Of a stretch of 64,000 nt of DNA, positions 35,841 to 43,801 are shown piece after piece; within the stretch, counting starts at the first letter, position 1, and each line of letters begins with the position of its first letter. Made by a program: the position numbers and the translations under genes. Source of the stretch: a virus (Duplodnaviria > Caudoviricetes). The stretch is taken from IMG/VR virus record IMGVR_UViG_3300021256_000011, positions 8,789 to 72,788 of that record; one strand, given 5' to 3'. The notes under the pieces were generated by a model. It was not told where the DNA came from, did not search any database, and worked only from the letters and a program-made list of their open reading frames with translations.

Positions 35841-36194
35841 ATGGCGAATCTATTTCTTATTATTTTTATTAGCGCATTCGTGGCGCTGGTTATATTCTAC
35901 CAGGCCCTGCGCATCAGCTCCCTGAAACAAGAGGTTGAGCACCAAAGGAAAATCGCAGAAACGACCCAGGACATTTTCGATGGGTTTCGGGCCCGCTGCA
36001 TCAAGGAAGAGTACGGATACACTGTGTTTCGTGCCCAAACTGCAGAAAACACCCCGGACCGAATCGAAAGCATAAAACCCCAACTTGCCGATAGGTTAAG
36101 TAAGGAACTGCTTCAGAATTTTGAGCCCTCTGTCGACAGATCAGTCAGCGGTGGGAAGATTTATAGTCTTACGATAAAAGCCAAGAAGATATGA
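35841..36194 (+). CDS. Membrane-anchored hypothetical protein
   Basis: N-terminal hydrophobic helix. Confidence 0.65.
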   Translation: MANLFLIIFISAFVALVIFYQALRISSLKQEVEHQRKIAETTQDIFDGFRARCIKEEYGYTVFRAQTAENTPDRIESIKPQLADRLSKELLQNFEPSVDRSVSGGKIYSLTIKAKKI

Positions 36195-36493
36195 TTGCTA
36201 CAACAATAGCGCAGTCACAACGGCTGCTTAAGGCCAGAATTTCCAGGGCCACTGCGGATATGATGTGGGTCCCCGTCAACACCCATAAGGGCGTTGTCGA
36301 TGCACTCTATGTCGGGTCCGCCACGCCCAACGGGCTGCCGGCATGGTCACTGTCTGCACTGTGGGATGTCTTCTACAACATGGATAAGACCTATGAATTT
36401 CCCACAAACCTGTCTAGCGACGAACTTATAGAAAACTTAGTAAATATCATCATTTCAAGAACAGAATACAATGGACTACGGAAAAGCATTTAA
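36191..36493 (+). CDS. Hypothetical protein
   Basis: TADM.W...PAWSLSALW. Confidence 0.65.
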   Translation: MIATTIAQSQRLLKARISRATADMMWVPVNTHKGVVDALYVGSATPNGLPAWSLSALWDVFYNMDKTYEFPTNLSSDELIENLVNIIISRTEYNGLRKSI

Positions 36494-36692
36494 AGAGTGC
36501 CGGGAGGAAATGGGAATAACCCGGGAGAAAGCCTCAGAAATGACAGGCTTCTCACTTCCAACATTTTCGAAAATAGAGCGAGGCAAGACAATTCCCAAGC
36601 AATCTACGATTGAAACATTTTGCAAGAAGATAGGAGTCCCTGTCGCCAGGTTCTTCTATTACGCGATGGAGCCTCAAGACTTCCGGCTATAG
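36471..36692 (+). CDS. XRE-family HTH transcriptional regulator
   Basis: GKAFKECREEMGITREKASEMTGFSLPTFSKIERGKTIP. Confidence 0.9.
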   Translation: MDYGKAFKECREEMGITREKASEMTGFSLPTFSKIERGKTIPKQSTIETFCKKIGVPVARFFYYAMEPQDFRL

Positions 36693-36699
36693 AATAAAG

Positions 36700-36743
36700 A
36701 AAGCTCCTCGAAGGAAAACCGCAATAACCCTCGAGGAGCTTTT
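36700..36743. terminator. Probable bidirectional intrinsic terminator at the convergence point
   Basis: AAAGCTCCTCG...CGAGGAGCTTTT between converging genes. Confidence 0.7.
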
Positions 36744-36765
36744 GCCGACCGAGCGCAACTTGCCG

Positions 36766-37176
36766 CTACTCGTGCCGGCTATTACAGTGCGGGCATGAGA
36801 GCTCGCAGACGACGTAAGAGATGTCGTGAGATATATCTCCCATAAGGTAGGCCAGTTCTTCGCTGTACGGGTCTATCCCGTCCTCTTCTGCGATGTGCAT
36901 CGCGACATGAGCTATCTCGTGGATCGTCGTATTGAGGAATTCCGGGCCGGATATAGTTTCACTGACGGCGACTACGCTCCTGCGCAGTTTTGGATTACTA
37001 AAGCAGAATCCCTCATTAAAGTTTCCGGAACTGACGCTTTTAGACGCCTGTCGAATGATAGAAGCGGGAGCGTCGGCCCAGAGAAGGGCGTCCTTAATAA
37101 TCCCTTTATCATAGGCATCGAAGGAAAAGTAGAAAGCAATCTGCCAGTCCCGGATATGAATCTTGCGGATGGTCAT
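36766..37176 (-). CDS. Putative zincin-like metallopeptidase (HExxH)
   Basis: NTTIHEIAHVAMHI...EELAYLMG. Confidence 0.6.
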   Translation of the reverse strand: MTIRKIHIRDWQIAFYFSFDAYDKGIIKDALLWADAPASIIRQASKSVSSGNFNEGFCFSNPKLRRSVVAVSETISGPEFLNTTIHEIAHVAMHIAEEDGIDPYSEELAYLMGDISHDISYVVCELSCPHCNSRHE

Positions 37177-37177
37177 T

Positions 37178-37579
37178 TTACAGAAGGTCTTCCCAGGGGA
37201 TAGAAATGCCCTTTGCACTCATCTTGGCAAGGAACTCGTCGAATGCCATTGTCTCGTAGCCATCCTTGTCCGTAAAGAACTCTTTCACGGCCATAGCGAG
37301 ATGTGCCTCATCCGGGATGGATCCACCCATAGAATCCGACTTCTTGCGCAAAAATACGAAGGGGATGTCATAGCCGGCCTCAGGAAGGTCGGTCACCCCG
37401 TTTCGCTTCAGAATGTCCATCACCTGGTCCTTCTCCATAAACTCCACCTTGTTCCCGTTGCGGTCTTTCATCATCGAAACGGCCCAGCGATACATCGGCT
37501 TGGAGAAGTGGAAACCATTAAAAGAGAGATATCTCCGCATTCCTTCCGGAATGTCGTCGTAATAGTCTAGCCTGTTCAT
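37178..37579 (-). CDS. Hypothetical protein
   Basis: 133-aa ORF in operon. Confidence 0.75.
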   Translation of the reverse strand: MNRLDYYDDIPEGMRRYLSFNGFHFSKPMYRWAVSMMKDRNGNKVEFMEKDQVMDILKRNGVTDLPEAGYDIPFVFLRKKSDSMGGSIPDEAHLAMAVKEFFTDKDGYETMAFDEFLAKMSAKGISIPWEDLL

Positions 37580-37621
37580 TTCTTTGCGTTTTTAAGGGGC
37601 GAGTTTCCCCGCCCCGTTGTT

Positions 37622-37870
37622 TTACATAAAGCGCCCCATGCGGTCGCGACGACGGCGTTCGCCGTACATATCGTCGTCATCCCAGTCACGCCGGCCATAG
37701 TCGCCGCGCATGCCGTAACGGTCACCGTAGTTTCCGCGCTCTCCGTAACGGTCGCGCATTTCTTCGGCCAGCTCACAAACGCGAGCCATGCCTTCCTTTG
37801 CCATTTCAAGAGCCTCGTCAAACTCGTGACTTTCGCTCCTGCCTCGGAAGCTAATTACTCTGTAAGACAT
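37622..37870 (-). CDS. Low-complexity R/G/D/Y-rich protein
   Basis: YGERGNYGDRYGMRGDYG...RRRRDRMGRFM. Confidence 0.75.
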   Translation of the reverse strand: MSYRVISFRGRSESHEFDEALEMAKEGMARVCELAEEMRDRYGERGNYGDRYGMRGDYGRRDWDDDDMYGERRRRDRMGRFM

Positions 37871-37873
37871 CTT

Positions 37874-38389
37874 TTATTCCTCCTTGGGTTTCTTGCCAAG
37901 GGACTTTGACAGAAGTCCCGTCATGGCCGCAATCTGTTCACTCATACCCGCTATTTGCTCTTCCAGCTTGGCAATCTTTCCGGCCTGCTCCTGCTCATGT
38001 TTAAGCTGGGGATTGAGGTCCAGGAGGAGCTGGTCACATGTGGCGATAATCCTCTTGTGAAGGTCCACCTGATCAATGGCCATCTGGCTTGCATTCTTAA
38101 TCGCTCCGATCTCGTTGACCAGGCCCTCCCTTGTCTCGCTCAGGATAATTCCCTTGTCCGGGAATTCCGCAATAGAGGAAGAAATTGGTATTCGAGGGAA
38201 GTTTTCGGTCTTTCCATCGACCTCGACAAGGAGGTCGACCATCATACCCTGCGTCGGGTTGAGGGCTTGCTGAAGGTTAAACTGCGGCGGGTATTGGTTA
38301 CTGACTTGTGCGACCTTTCCTACCGCGAATCGCGGTTCGTTCTTATAAAGAACATACACGGGAGTATTCTGTCTAAGTCCACTTAACAT
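37874..38389 (-). CDS. Hypothetical protein with C-terminal coiled coil
   Basis: 171-aa ORF. Confidence 0.75.
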   Translation of the reverse strand: MLSGLRQNTPVYVLYKNEPRFAVGKVAQVSNQYPPQFNLQQALNPTQGMMVDLLVEVDGKTENFPRIPISSSIAEFPDKGIILSETREGLVNEIGAIKNASQMAIDQVDLHKRIIATCDQLLLDLNPQLKHEQEQAGKIAKLEEQIAGMSEQIAAMTGLLSKSLGKKPKEE

Positions 38390-38408
38390 AGGTTAAACTT
38401 TTTGATAA

Positions 38409-38744
38409 TTAAACGATTGGTGATACTACCTGGAGGATGCCATTGAACCAGTCGTAGAAGACGGTAATGACGCCTGCTCCAGTTAGATCGGCGGCGGTAA
38501 CTGCTACCCCGCCAAACGAGGTCAGCGCACGGGTCTGCCCATTGAGGGTGAACCGGACCGGAAGGGTGCCGGTCGTACCTGTAGGAATCGCCTCAGCGAT
38601 GCGAATCGTAAGGTAACCGACGCGGGGAATAGCCCTGAAGCCCAGGGTAAAATCCACCGCGTCAGTCCCTACGGTCACACCGGTTGTGGTGAAGTAGGGC
38701 ACTCCACGTGTATTGGTCGTTGCTATGCAAACACAATTACACAT
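38409..38744 (-). CDS. Hypothetical beta-rich protein
   Basis: 111-aa ORF. Confidence 0.7.
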   Translation of the reverse strand: MCNCVCIATTNTRGVPYFTTTGVTVGTDAVDFTLGFRAIPRVGYLTIRIAEAIPTGTTGTLPVRFTLNGQTRALTSFGGVAVTAADLTGAGVITVFYDWFNGILQVVSPIV

Positions 38745-38756
38745 GGCTCATCCCTC

Positions 38757-39722
38757 CTAGAAAACAAGTCCGTTTCCGCCATAGCCCCAACCCGGGCCAT
38801 AATAAGCCCCGTTGCCATAGCCTCCCTGATAGAAGCCACCTGCCACATAGGGCGTGGAATTCACGGCGACCAGGTTCGGATACTGCACGCTGACGGTGCT
38901 CGGCTGCTTGCACTTAATGTCGTCGACCTCCTTTGCAAGAGAAGCGAGAGCGGCGTTCACGGGAGCGACGGCCTGCTGTACGATACCTGCAGTGAAGTTC
39001 TGGGACTCAAGCTTGGCGACCTTGGCGGTGAGAGAGGTGATTTCACGATCCTTCCTGCTGGACTCAAGAGCGTCGATCTTGTTGTCGAGAGCGAGGTAGT
39101 TCCGGTTCATCGTGTCCGTCAGTGCGTAAGTCTGCTGGCACATCGCAAGCTGGTCTGCGGCAGACTTGGCCTCGATGGCGGTGCGGACACCAGCGATGTC
39201 GCTCTGGATGGCGTTGGTCTGCTGACAGATGGCAAGCTGATTGTCGCAGCAGCACTTCTGGAATGCGCTGATGATGCTGGCGTCACCGGAAGCAATGGAG
39301 TTCATGATTTGAGGAACGGAGACAGCCTGCTGCAGAGCCAGGGAGCTCAGGGCGTTCTGGACGTTCATGACGGCTGCGTTGACCAGGTTGAAGTCCTGGC
39401 CGAGCATGTTGGACAGGTTGGAGATGGCGGTACGGGAAGCCTCGCCCTGGGACGTTACGGCGTTCATGATGAGCTCGCGTCCGCTGTCGTTGTTGAGCTG
39501 GTTGGAGAGAAAGCCAGCGGCGCCGGCGCCTCCACCGAAATTGCCACCCGCCCAGTTGCCGCCGTTCCAGCCAAACATGGACGCAATGATTGCGAGACCG
39601 AAGAGGTCTGCGATGCTGTTGAAGGAGCCGAATCCACTACCGAATCCGCCTCCGTAGACCGGGTAACCATAGCCAGGATGGCTGTTATCCGGAAGGATAA
39701 TTGTGCTACGATCGTCTGCCAT
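38757..39722 (-). CDS. Gly-rich protein with CCC motif and coiled coil, function unknown
   Basis: Gly-rich/hydrophobic N-terminus, QKCCCDNQLAICQQT, coiled coil, YG-rich tail. Confidence 0.8.
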   Translation of the reverse strand: MADDRSTIILPDNSHPGYGYPVYGGGFGSGFGSFNSIADLFGLAIIASMFGWNGGNWAGGNFGGGAGAAGFLSNQLNNDSGRELIMNAVTSQGEASRTAISNLSNMLGQDFNLVNAAVMNVQNALSSLALQQAVSVPQIMNSIASGDASIISAFQKCCCDNQLAICQQTNAIQSDIAGVRTAIEAKSAADQLAMCQQTYALTDTMNRNYLALDNKIDALESSRKDREITSLTAKVAKLESQNFTAGIVQQAVAPVNAALASLAKEVDDIKCKQPSTVSVQYPNLVAVNSTPYVAGGFYQGGYGNGAYYGPGWGYGGNGLVF

Positions 39723-39789
39723 ATAGCATTAAGATTAAAGGTTAGATATTTCCGTAGCAGTGTTTCTGCTACCGAATGCAAAGTTGACG

Positions 39790-39818
39790 AAAAAGCCCAC
39801 CCCTTTGAAGGGATGGGC
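39790..39818 (-). terminator. Intrinsic terminator
   Basis: GCCCATCCC-TTCAAA-GGGGTGGGC-TTTT on the minus strand. Confidence 0.65.
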
Positions 39819-39842
39819 AAGAAAAAGATATGAGCCTGATTA

Positions 39843-40127
39843 TCAGTGCTTCTTCCGCCAAGATGACGGTATACGCCTGCAGAATTCCTTGAAGTTATAG
39901 AGCGTCACATTGCGCTTCGGCTTGGAAAACATCTTGTTTTTGATGATACTGTGGACAGCATCGCGAGATTTGCCGAAGTGCTCGGCTATATCATCAGCCG
40001 TTGCGCCGACAGGCATGACCTCGGATAGCGCATGGTATAAAGCATCTTCTTGCTCCTTGGTACAACTATCATTTTTCAGTTGTACCTTGAACAGGTCCAG
40101 TAGTTCGATTAGATATTCCTTTTCCAT
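39843..40127 (-). CDS. Putative HTH DNA-binding protein
   Basis: ATADDIAEHFGKSRDAVHSII. Confidence 0.6.
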   Translation of the reverse strand: MEKEYLIELLDLFKVQLKNDSCTKEQEDALYHALSEVMPVGATADDIAEHFGKSRDAVHSIIKNKMFSKPKRNVTLYNFKEFCRRIPSSWRKKH

Positions 40128-40534
40128 TATTTCATGAAGACATTATATGCAGCAAAAAGTAATAGCACAGCCATAGCGCCAAATAATATTATGTTAACTT
40201 GCGCGGCTACTTCAGTAAGTTCGATAAGGTAGTAATCAACAAAGGATACGGCTTGAGGAAGAAGCGGAAGTATGCAGGCGGTCTTATGCCAGCAACAGAG
40301 GCGGAGAAGTTTCGAAAGGACCAGGAAAGCACAAACGGTTACCGGAGAGACATAGAAGAGAGTGTCGAAGAGTTTGACGATATCTTCTGGCGCTTGAGAA
40401 GTTATGATGAGCGTAACAAGATATGGTATTGTATAAAGAAACGGCATCAGCTGTACGGCTAATGTCACATATCGTAACTTCTTAACGAGTCCATCTAGGT
40501 CTAAAGTTCTTCGGCCTTGTTCCACGGCGTACAT
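40127..40534 (-). CDS. Multi-pass membrane protein
   Basis: About four hydrophobic segments. Confidence 0.7.
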   Translation of the reverse strand: MYAVEQGRRTLDLDGLVKKLRYVTLAVQLMPFLYTIPYLVTLIITSQAPEDIVKLFDTLFYVSPVTVCAFLVLSKLLRLCCWHKTACILPLLPQAVSFVDYYLIELTEVAAQVNIILFGAMAVLLLFAAYNVFMK

Positions 40535-40673
40535 GGGTTATTACTTCCGCCTTTGTCTGATACAATCGTCCGCCTCTCGGGTTATCGTTCGGCACAACGG
40601 CTACTGGCACTCTTGCAAGAAGCGTGCCAGATTTACCGGGCTTAACCGTAACTTTGACCTTCGCCTTGGACAT
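40482..40673 (-). CDS. Small basic hypothetical protein
   Basis: 63-aa ORF. Confidence 0.45.
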   Translation of the reverse strand: MSKAKVKVTVKPGKSGTLLARVPVAVVPNDNPRGGRLYQTKAEVITHVRRGTRPKNFRPRWTR

Positions 40674-40674
40674 A

Positions 40675-40971
40675 CTACTTTATGAAAGGCCAAACCAGCC
40701 AACCGAGAGCGATATATACCCATTCCGGCTTGTCGCACGGGAAATCCAGGTCGCAGTCTTTTGTCCGGGCCCGCTTATATCCGATCATGTAGCAGAAGTT
40801 ATGGACGGCTAGTTCCCTTATCAGCGACTTGTCGGTCCGCAGGAAGATAGGCTGTTTCCCGTGGATTGCCTTGATCTGGTTGAGTGTTTTCTGGAAATCC
40901 TTCTTCGGTACATCGAATGAATCGAAGATAGTCAGCACGCAGCCCGAGTCTGTAAATTGATACTTTACCAT
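40675..40971 (-). CDS. Hypothetical protein
   Basis: 98-aa ORF following the lysis genes. Confidence 0.65.
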   Translation of the reverse strand: MVKYQFTDSGCVLTIFDSFDVPKKDFQKTLNQIKAIHGKQPIFLRTDKSLIRELAVHNFCYMIGYKRARTKDCDLDFPCDKPEWVYIALGWLVWPFIK

Positions 40972-41366
40972 AGTCTTATCAGTTTTAGGATTGGTTTACG
41001 AAATATCCAAACAAGTGCTGCCGCCAGGGCCGAGATAAGCCACCAGAAAGCGCCAATTTTGAAGGATTTCCAGGCGGACAAGGATTTCTCTACCGGGACC
41101 TCCACGGCTGTCGTATCGTGGACTTCTCGCAGGAGTGTGTCGGTCTTGTACTTATCCTTGTAGATATACCTGTACTTAAAGCGGTCGATGTAGACGGTGT
41201 CGCCCTTGATCTGCTCCTTTATGTAGATACTATCCCGGAAGTACAGCGAGTCTCTCTGTACCCGGTCACGGTATTCAATCTGCGTCCGGACACGCTCTAC
41301 GATGCGGGGACTGCAGGATACCGCCATCAGGAGACAGGCAAGGAGTATGCTAAGCCGTAAATTCAT
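40965..41366 (-). CDS. Putative unimolecular spanin-like lipoprotein
   Basis: Lipobox LMAVSC, beta-rich RDS repeats, C-terminal TM helix; directly after the endolysin. Confidence 0.6.
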   Translation of the reverse strand: MNLRLSILLACLLMAVSCSPRIVERVRTQIEYRDRVQRDSLYFRDSIYIKEQIKGDTVYIDRFKYRYIYKDKYKTDTLLREVHDTTAVEVPVEKSLSAWKSFKIGAFWWLISALAAALVWIFRKPILKLIRLW

Positions 41367-41796
41367 AGACTTTTTCTGTTATGCCGTACTGTGGACAAAC
41401 ATCAAAATGCAACCATGAGACACCTTTTTCTATACGAATAGGGCACGGTAGTTTGTGCGCATTGGCCTTAATCAGTTCGCGCATCTTCTCGGCCTTCATC
41501 GTAGGGCATGATAGGTCCAGGGCCTTCCCGAAGATGTGGGACGATAGATAGACAGAAGTCTTAGACTTGACCATTTGGCACATATTGCAGCGGAGCCCTC
41601 GCTGGTGCTGCGACCTGGAGTTGCAGTACATCGGCATCTTGATGATCTCTCGCCTGATTACGAGCAGGCACCATAGAAGATTCGTGTCGAGAAACTGCCA
41701 GGAATTCTCGCCCCACTTGGCATAGGTGTGGTCACAAACCAACTCATCTATGTCGAAGTAGGGCTTGATTTCCTTGAGTATTTCTTCCCTAGTCAT
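41350..41796 (-). CDS. Endolysin, peptidase M15-like
   Basis: RGLRCN...SSHIFGKALD...WLHFD (H-D-H zinc motif). Confidence 0.75.
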   Translation of the reverse strand: MTREEILKEIKPYFDIDELVCDHTYAKWGENSWQFLDTNLLWCLLVIRREIIKMPMYCNSRSQHQRGLRCNMCQMVKSKTSVYLSSHIFGKALDLSCPTMKAEKMRELIKANAHKLPCPIRIEKGVSWLHFDVCPQYGITEKVYEFTA

Positions 41797-41800
41797 GGCC

Positions 41801-42241
41801 TTATTTGAACATGGGGAACAGGGCCTCGATGACACCGCAGTCGTAGTCCTGCTTTCCGTACTCCTCAGCGAACTTCTCGCCGTCGATGGAGGGAACATCC
41901 ACCTCTTCGTTATCGAGGTCGTTTATGGCCTTATTGAAGCCGTTGATGGCCTCCAGGAGGTCGGTGTGAGAGTTGATCTTCTCGACGAGCTCTTTCCTCT
42001 TAGCGGCGTCGCTTTCCTGGTTGAGCTGGTTCTGCATCTCCTGCACCTCTTTCAGTTCGGCGTCATAGGGGCCGAGATGGGCAACCCGGAGGTCTTCGAT
42101 GGCAGCATCGTACTTCTTCCCCTGCCCGAGCAGGAAAAGATGGTTCTTGATGATTGTGTTTCGAAGTTCCTTGTCCTCAATACGTGGAATCTTGATGGTC
42201 TTCAGCGCATTCAGCGCGGGCTTGATTTCTCTTTTCTTCAT
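41801..42241 (-). CDS. Hypothetical coiled-coil protein (tail-fibre-adjacent)
   Basis: 146-aa ORF. Confidence 0.7.
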   Translation of the reverse strand: MKKREIKPALNALKTIKIPRIEDKELRNTIIKNHLFLLGQGKKYDAAIEDLRVAHLGPYDAELKEVQEMQNQLNQESDAAKRKELVEKINSHTDLLEAINGFNKAINDLDNEEVDVPSIDGEKFAEEYGKQDYDCGVIEALFPMFK

Positions 42242-42264
42242 ATTGATATAGTTAGTTAAATAAG

Positions 42265-43758
42265 TTATTCTACAGAGTATATATTCAGCCTATAAAGAGC
42301 TCCATAAGTGTTGTTTCTGAATACTACCTGATAGTGCCTTCCTGCGGGAAGTTCGATAAGATTCACAACCGTACATGTAGTGACTTTATATGGCACACCT
42401 GGATAGGGGGCCGCAGACGAAGCTGGTCCCACACTTATTTCGGATGATGCGTCATGCTCATCTCCCTCACTATCTATCCAAACGATGCTACCTCTCTCCC
42501 ACGCAATATCGGAGGTAATATAGAAGGCTTTTTCGGCCTCAATACGATTAGTACTAAGCTGGAGTAGGTTGCCGATAGAGTTGCCCTCACTGTCGGTATG
42601 GTCGATTTCGTGTACTTTCTGATTGCACTGCTGTCTCACGCGGAAGTCGATATAATAGTTAGGGCTGTCTGTAACTACGCCGGGGGCGTCTATGCGCACC
42701 GTGGTTGTATAATAACCCTCAAAGGTGGCGATGTTTGCGTTACCGACATTCAATTCAACCTCTGCCCAGTTAGATATGGTTCCTCCGTGGTCCGGACTTA
42801 ATGTCATGAGGATAGGCGCATCAGGATTGCCTTTTCCTCCCCAATTCGAGCCCCAATTATAGCCTGAGATTTTAAGTTGCCTTGAACCACCCGTCTTAGG
42901 GAAGTTAAGGGTCTGTCCCTCTATCGAGACATCGTTTTCGTCCAGGACAGAGAGCAATGAGAGCTTCATCTGACAATAAGTCTTGGGGAAGAAAGTCGCC
43001 CAATAGGTGCCGTTCTTTAATACATAAGCGATAAACACCACATCATAAGTCACGGGCGAAGCGTAACTTGACGGCGGGGTAAAACTCACAGGCTGAGCGT
43101 ACCCATCGAAGTTATCTATACTTTGGTCGCCAGCCGAGCCGACAGACGCGAGTGTAGGTACCGCTGTCGGGGTGCTTGCATTACGATAGAGATATCCAAA
43201 ACGGAAATCATCTGGGATATCCCCTTTTCTTGTAAGTGCTTCAACGAGGTCACATGGTTGGAGATTTCTTCGAATATTATCAACAATATCCTTCTGCGCC
43301 ACAACGGGAAGCCTCTGCCAAATCTGCTCCTGGCTCGTCGGGGAGGTGACATTCCCCACGATATCCGGTATCTGGGCAAAAGGCGGCCTCGGGGCATTGT
43401 AATACCCGTCAAAGTCAAGAACGCGATACCATGTAGATGGTGGAATCATGTTCCAATCATTAACGGCCTTTGCCCTCGTAAGAAGTTCTCCAAGATTAGA
43501 GGAAAAACATCCCGTTGCGGTGTCGGAGCAGTCAACTCCGTAGTTTACGCCTCCCCTCATGGCATCCGTCAGCTCTATGGGCTGAGGATGCTCTATGGGC
43601 TTATATTTGGCGTACTTTTTTATAGCATTTACGTGGACGCCCATTTCGTCCACATCCGCGCACAACAGACCTACAGCCCCGGTACTTCTTCCGAGGACAT
43701 AGGCAATGTCTTCTACCACCCGTACAGGTGCTGATATGATTCCGTTGCTATTTCCCAT
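42265..43758 (-). CDS. Putative tail-fibre-associated/receptor-binding protein
   Basis: NGIISAPV...VLG...GLLC...KYAKYKP N-terminus, beta-rich C-terminus; position after the fibre gene. Confidence 0.6.
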   Translation of the reverse strand: MGNSNGIISAPVRVVEDIAYVLGRSTGAVGLLCADVDEMGVHVNAIKKYAKYKPIEHPQPIELTDAMRGGVNYGVDCSDTATGCFSSNLGELLTRAKAVNDWNMIPPSTWYRVLDFDGYYNAPRPPFAQIPDIVGNVTSPTSQEQIWQRLPVVAQKDIVDNIRRNLQPCDLVEALTRKGDIPDDFRFGYLYRNASTPTAVPTLASVGSAGDQSIDNFDGYAQPVSFTPPSSYASPVTYDVVFIAYVLKNGTYWATFFPKTYCQMKLSLLSVLDENDVSIEGQTLNFPKTGGSRQLKISGYNWGSNWGGKGNPDAPILMTLSPDHGGTISNWAEVELNVGNANIATFEGYYTTTVRIDAPGVVTDSPNYYIDFRVRQQCNQKVHEIDHTDSEGNSIGNLLQLSTNRIEAEKAFYITSDIAWERGSIVWIDSEGDEHDASSEISVGPASSAAPYPGVPYKVTTCTVVNLIELPAGRHYQVVFRNNTYGALYRLNIYSVE

Positions 43759-43801
43759 AATTTGTTTCGAAATTACAGTAATTTTTTGACTTATGCAAGA
43801 A

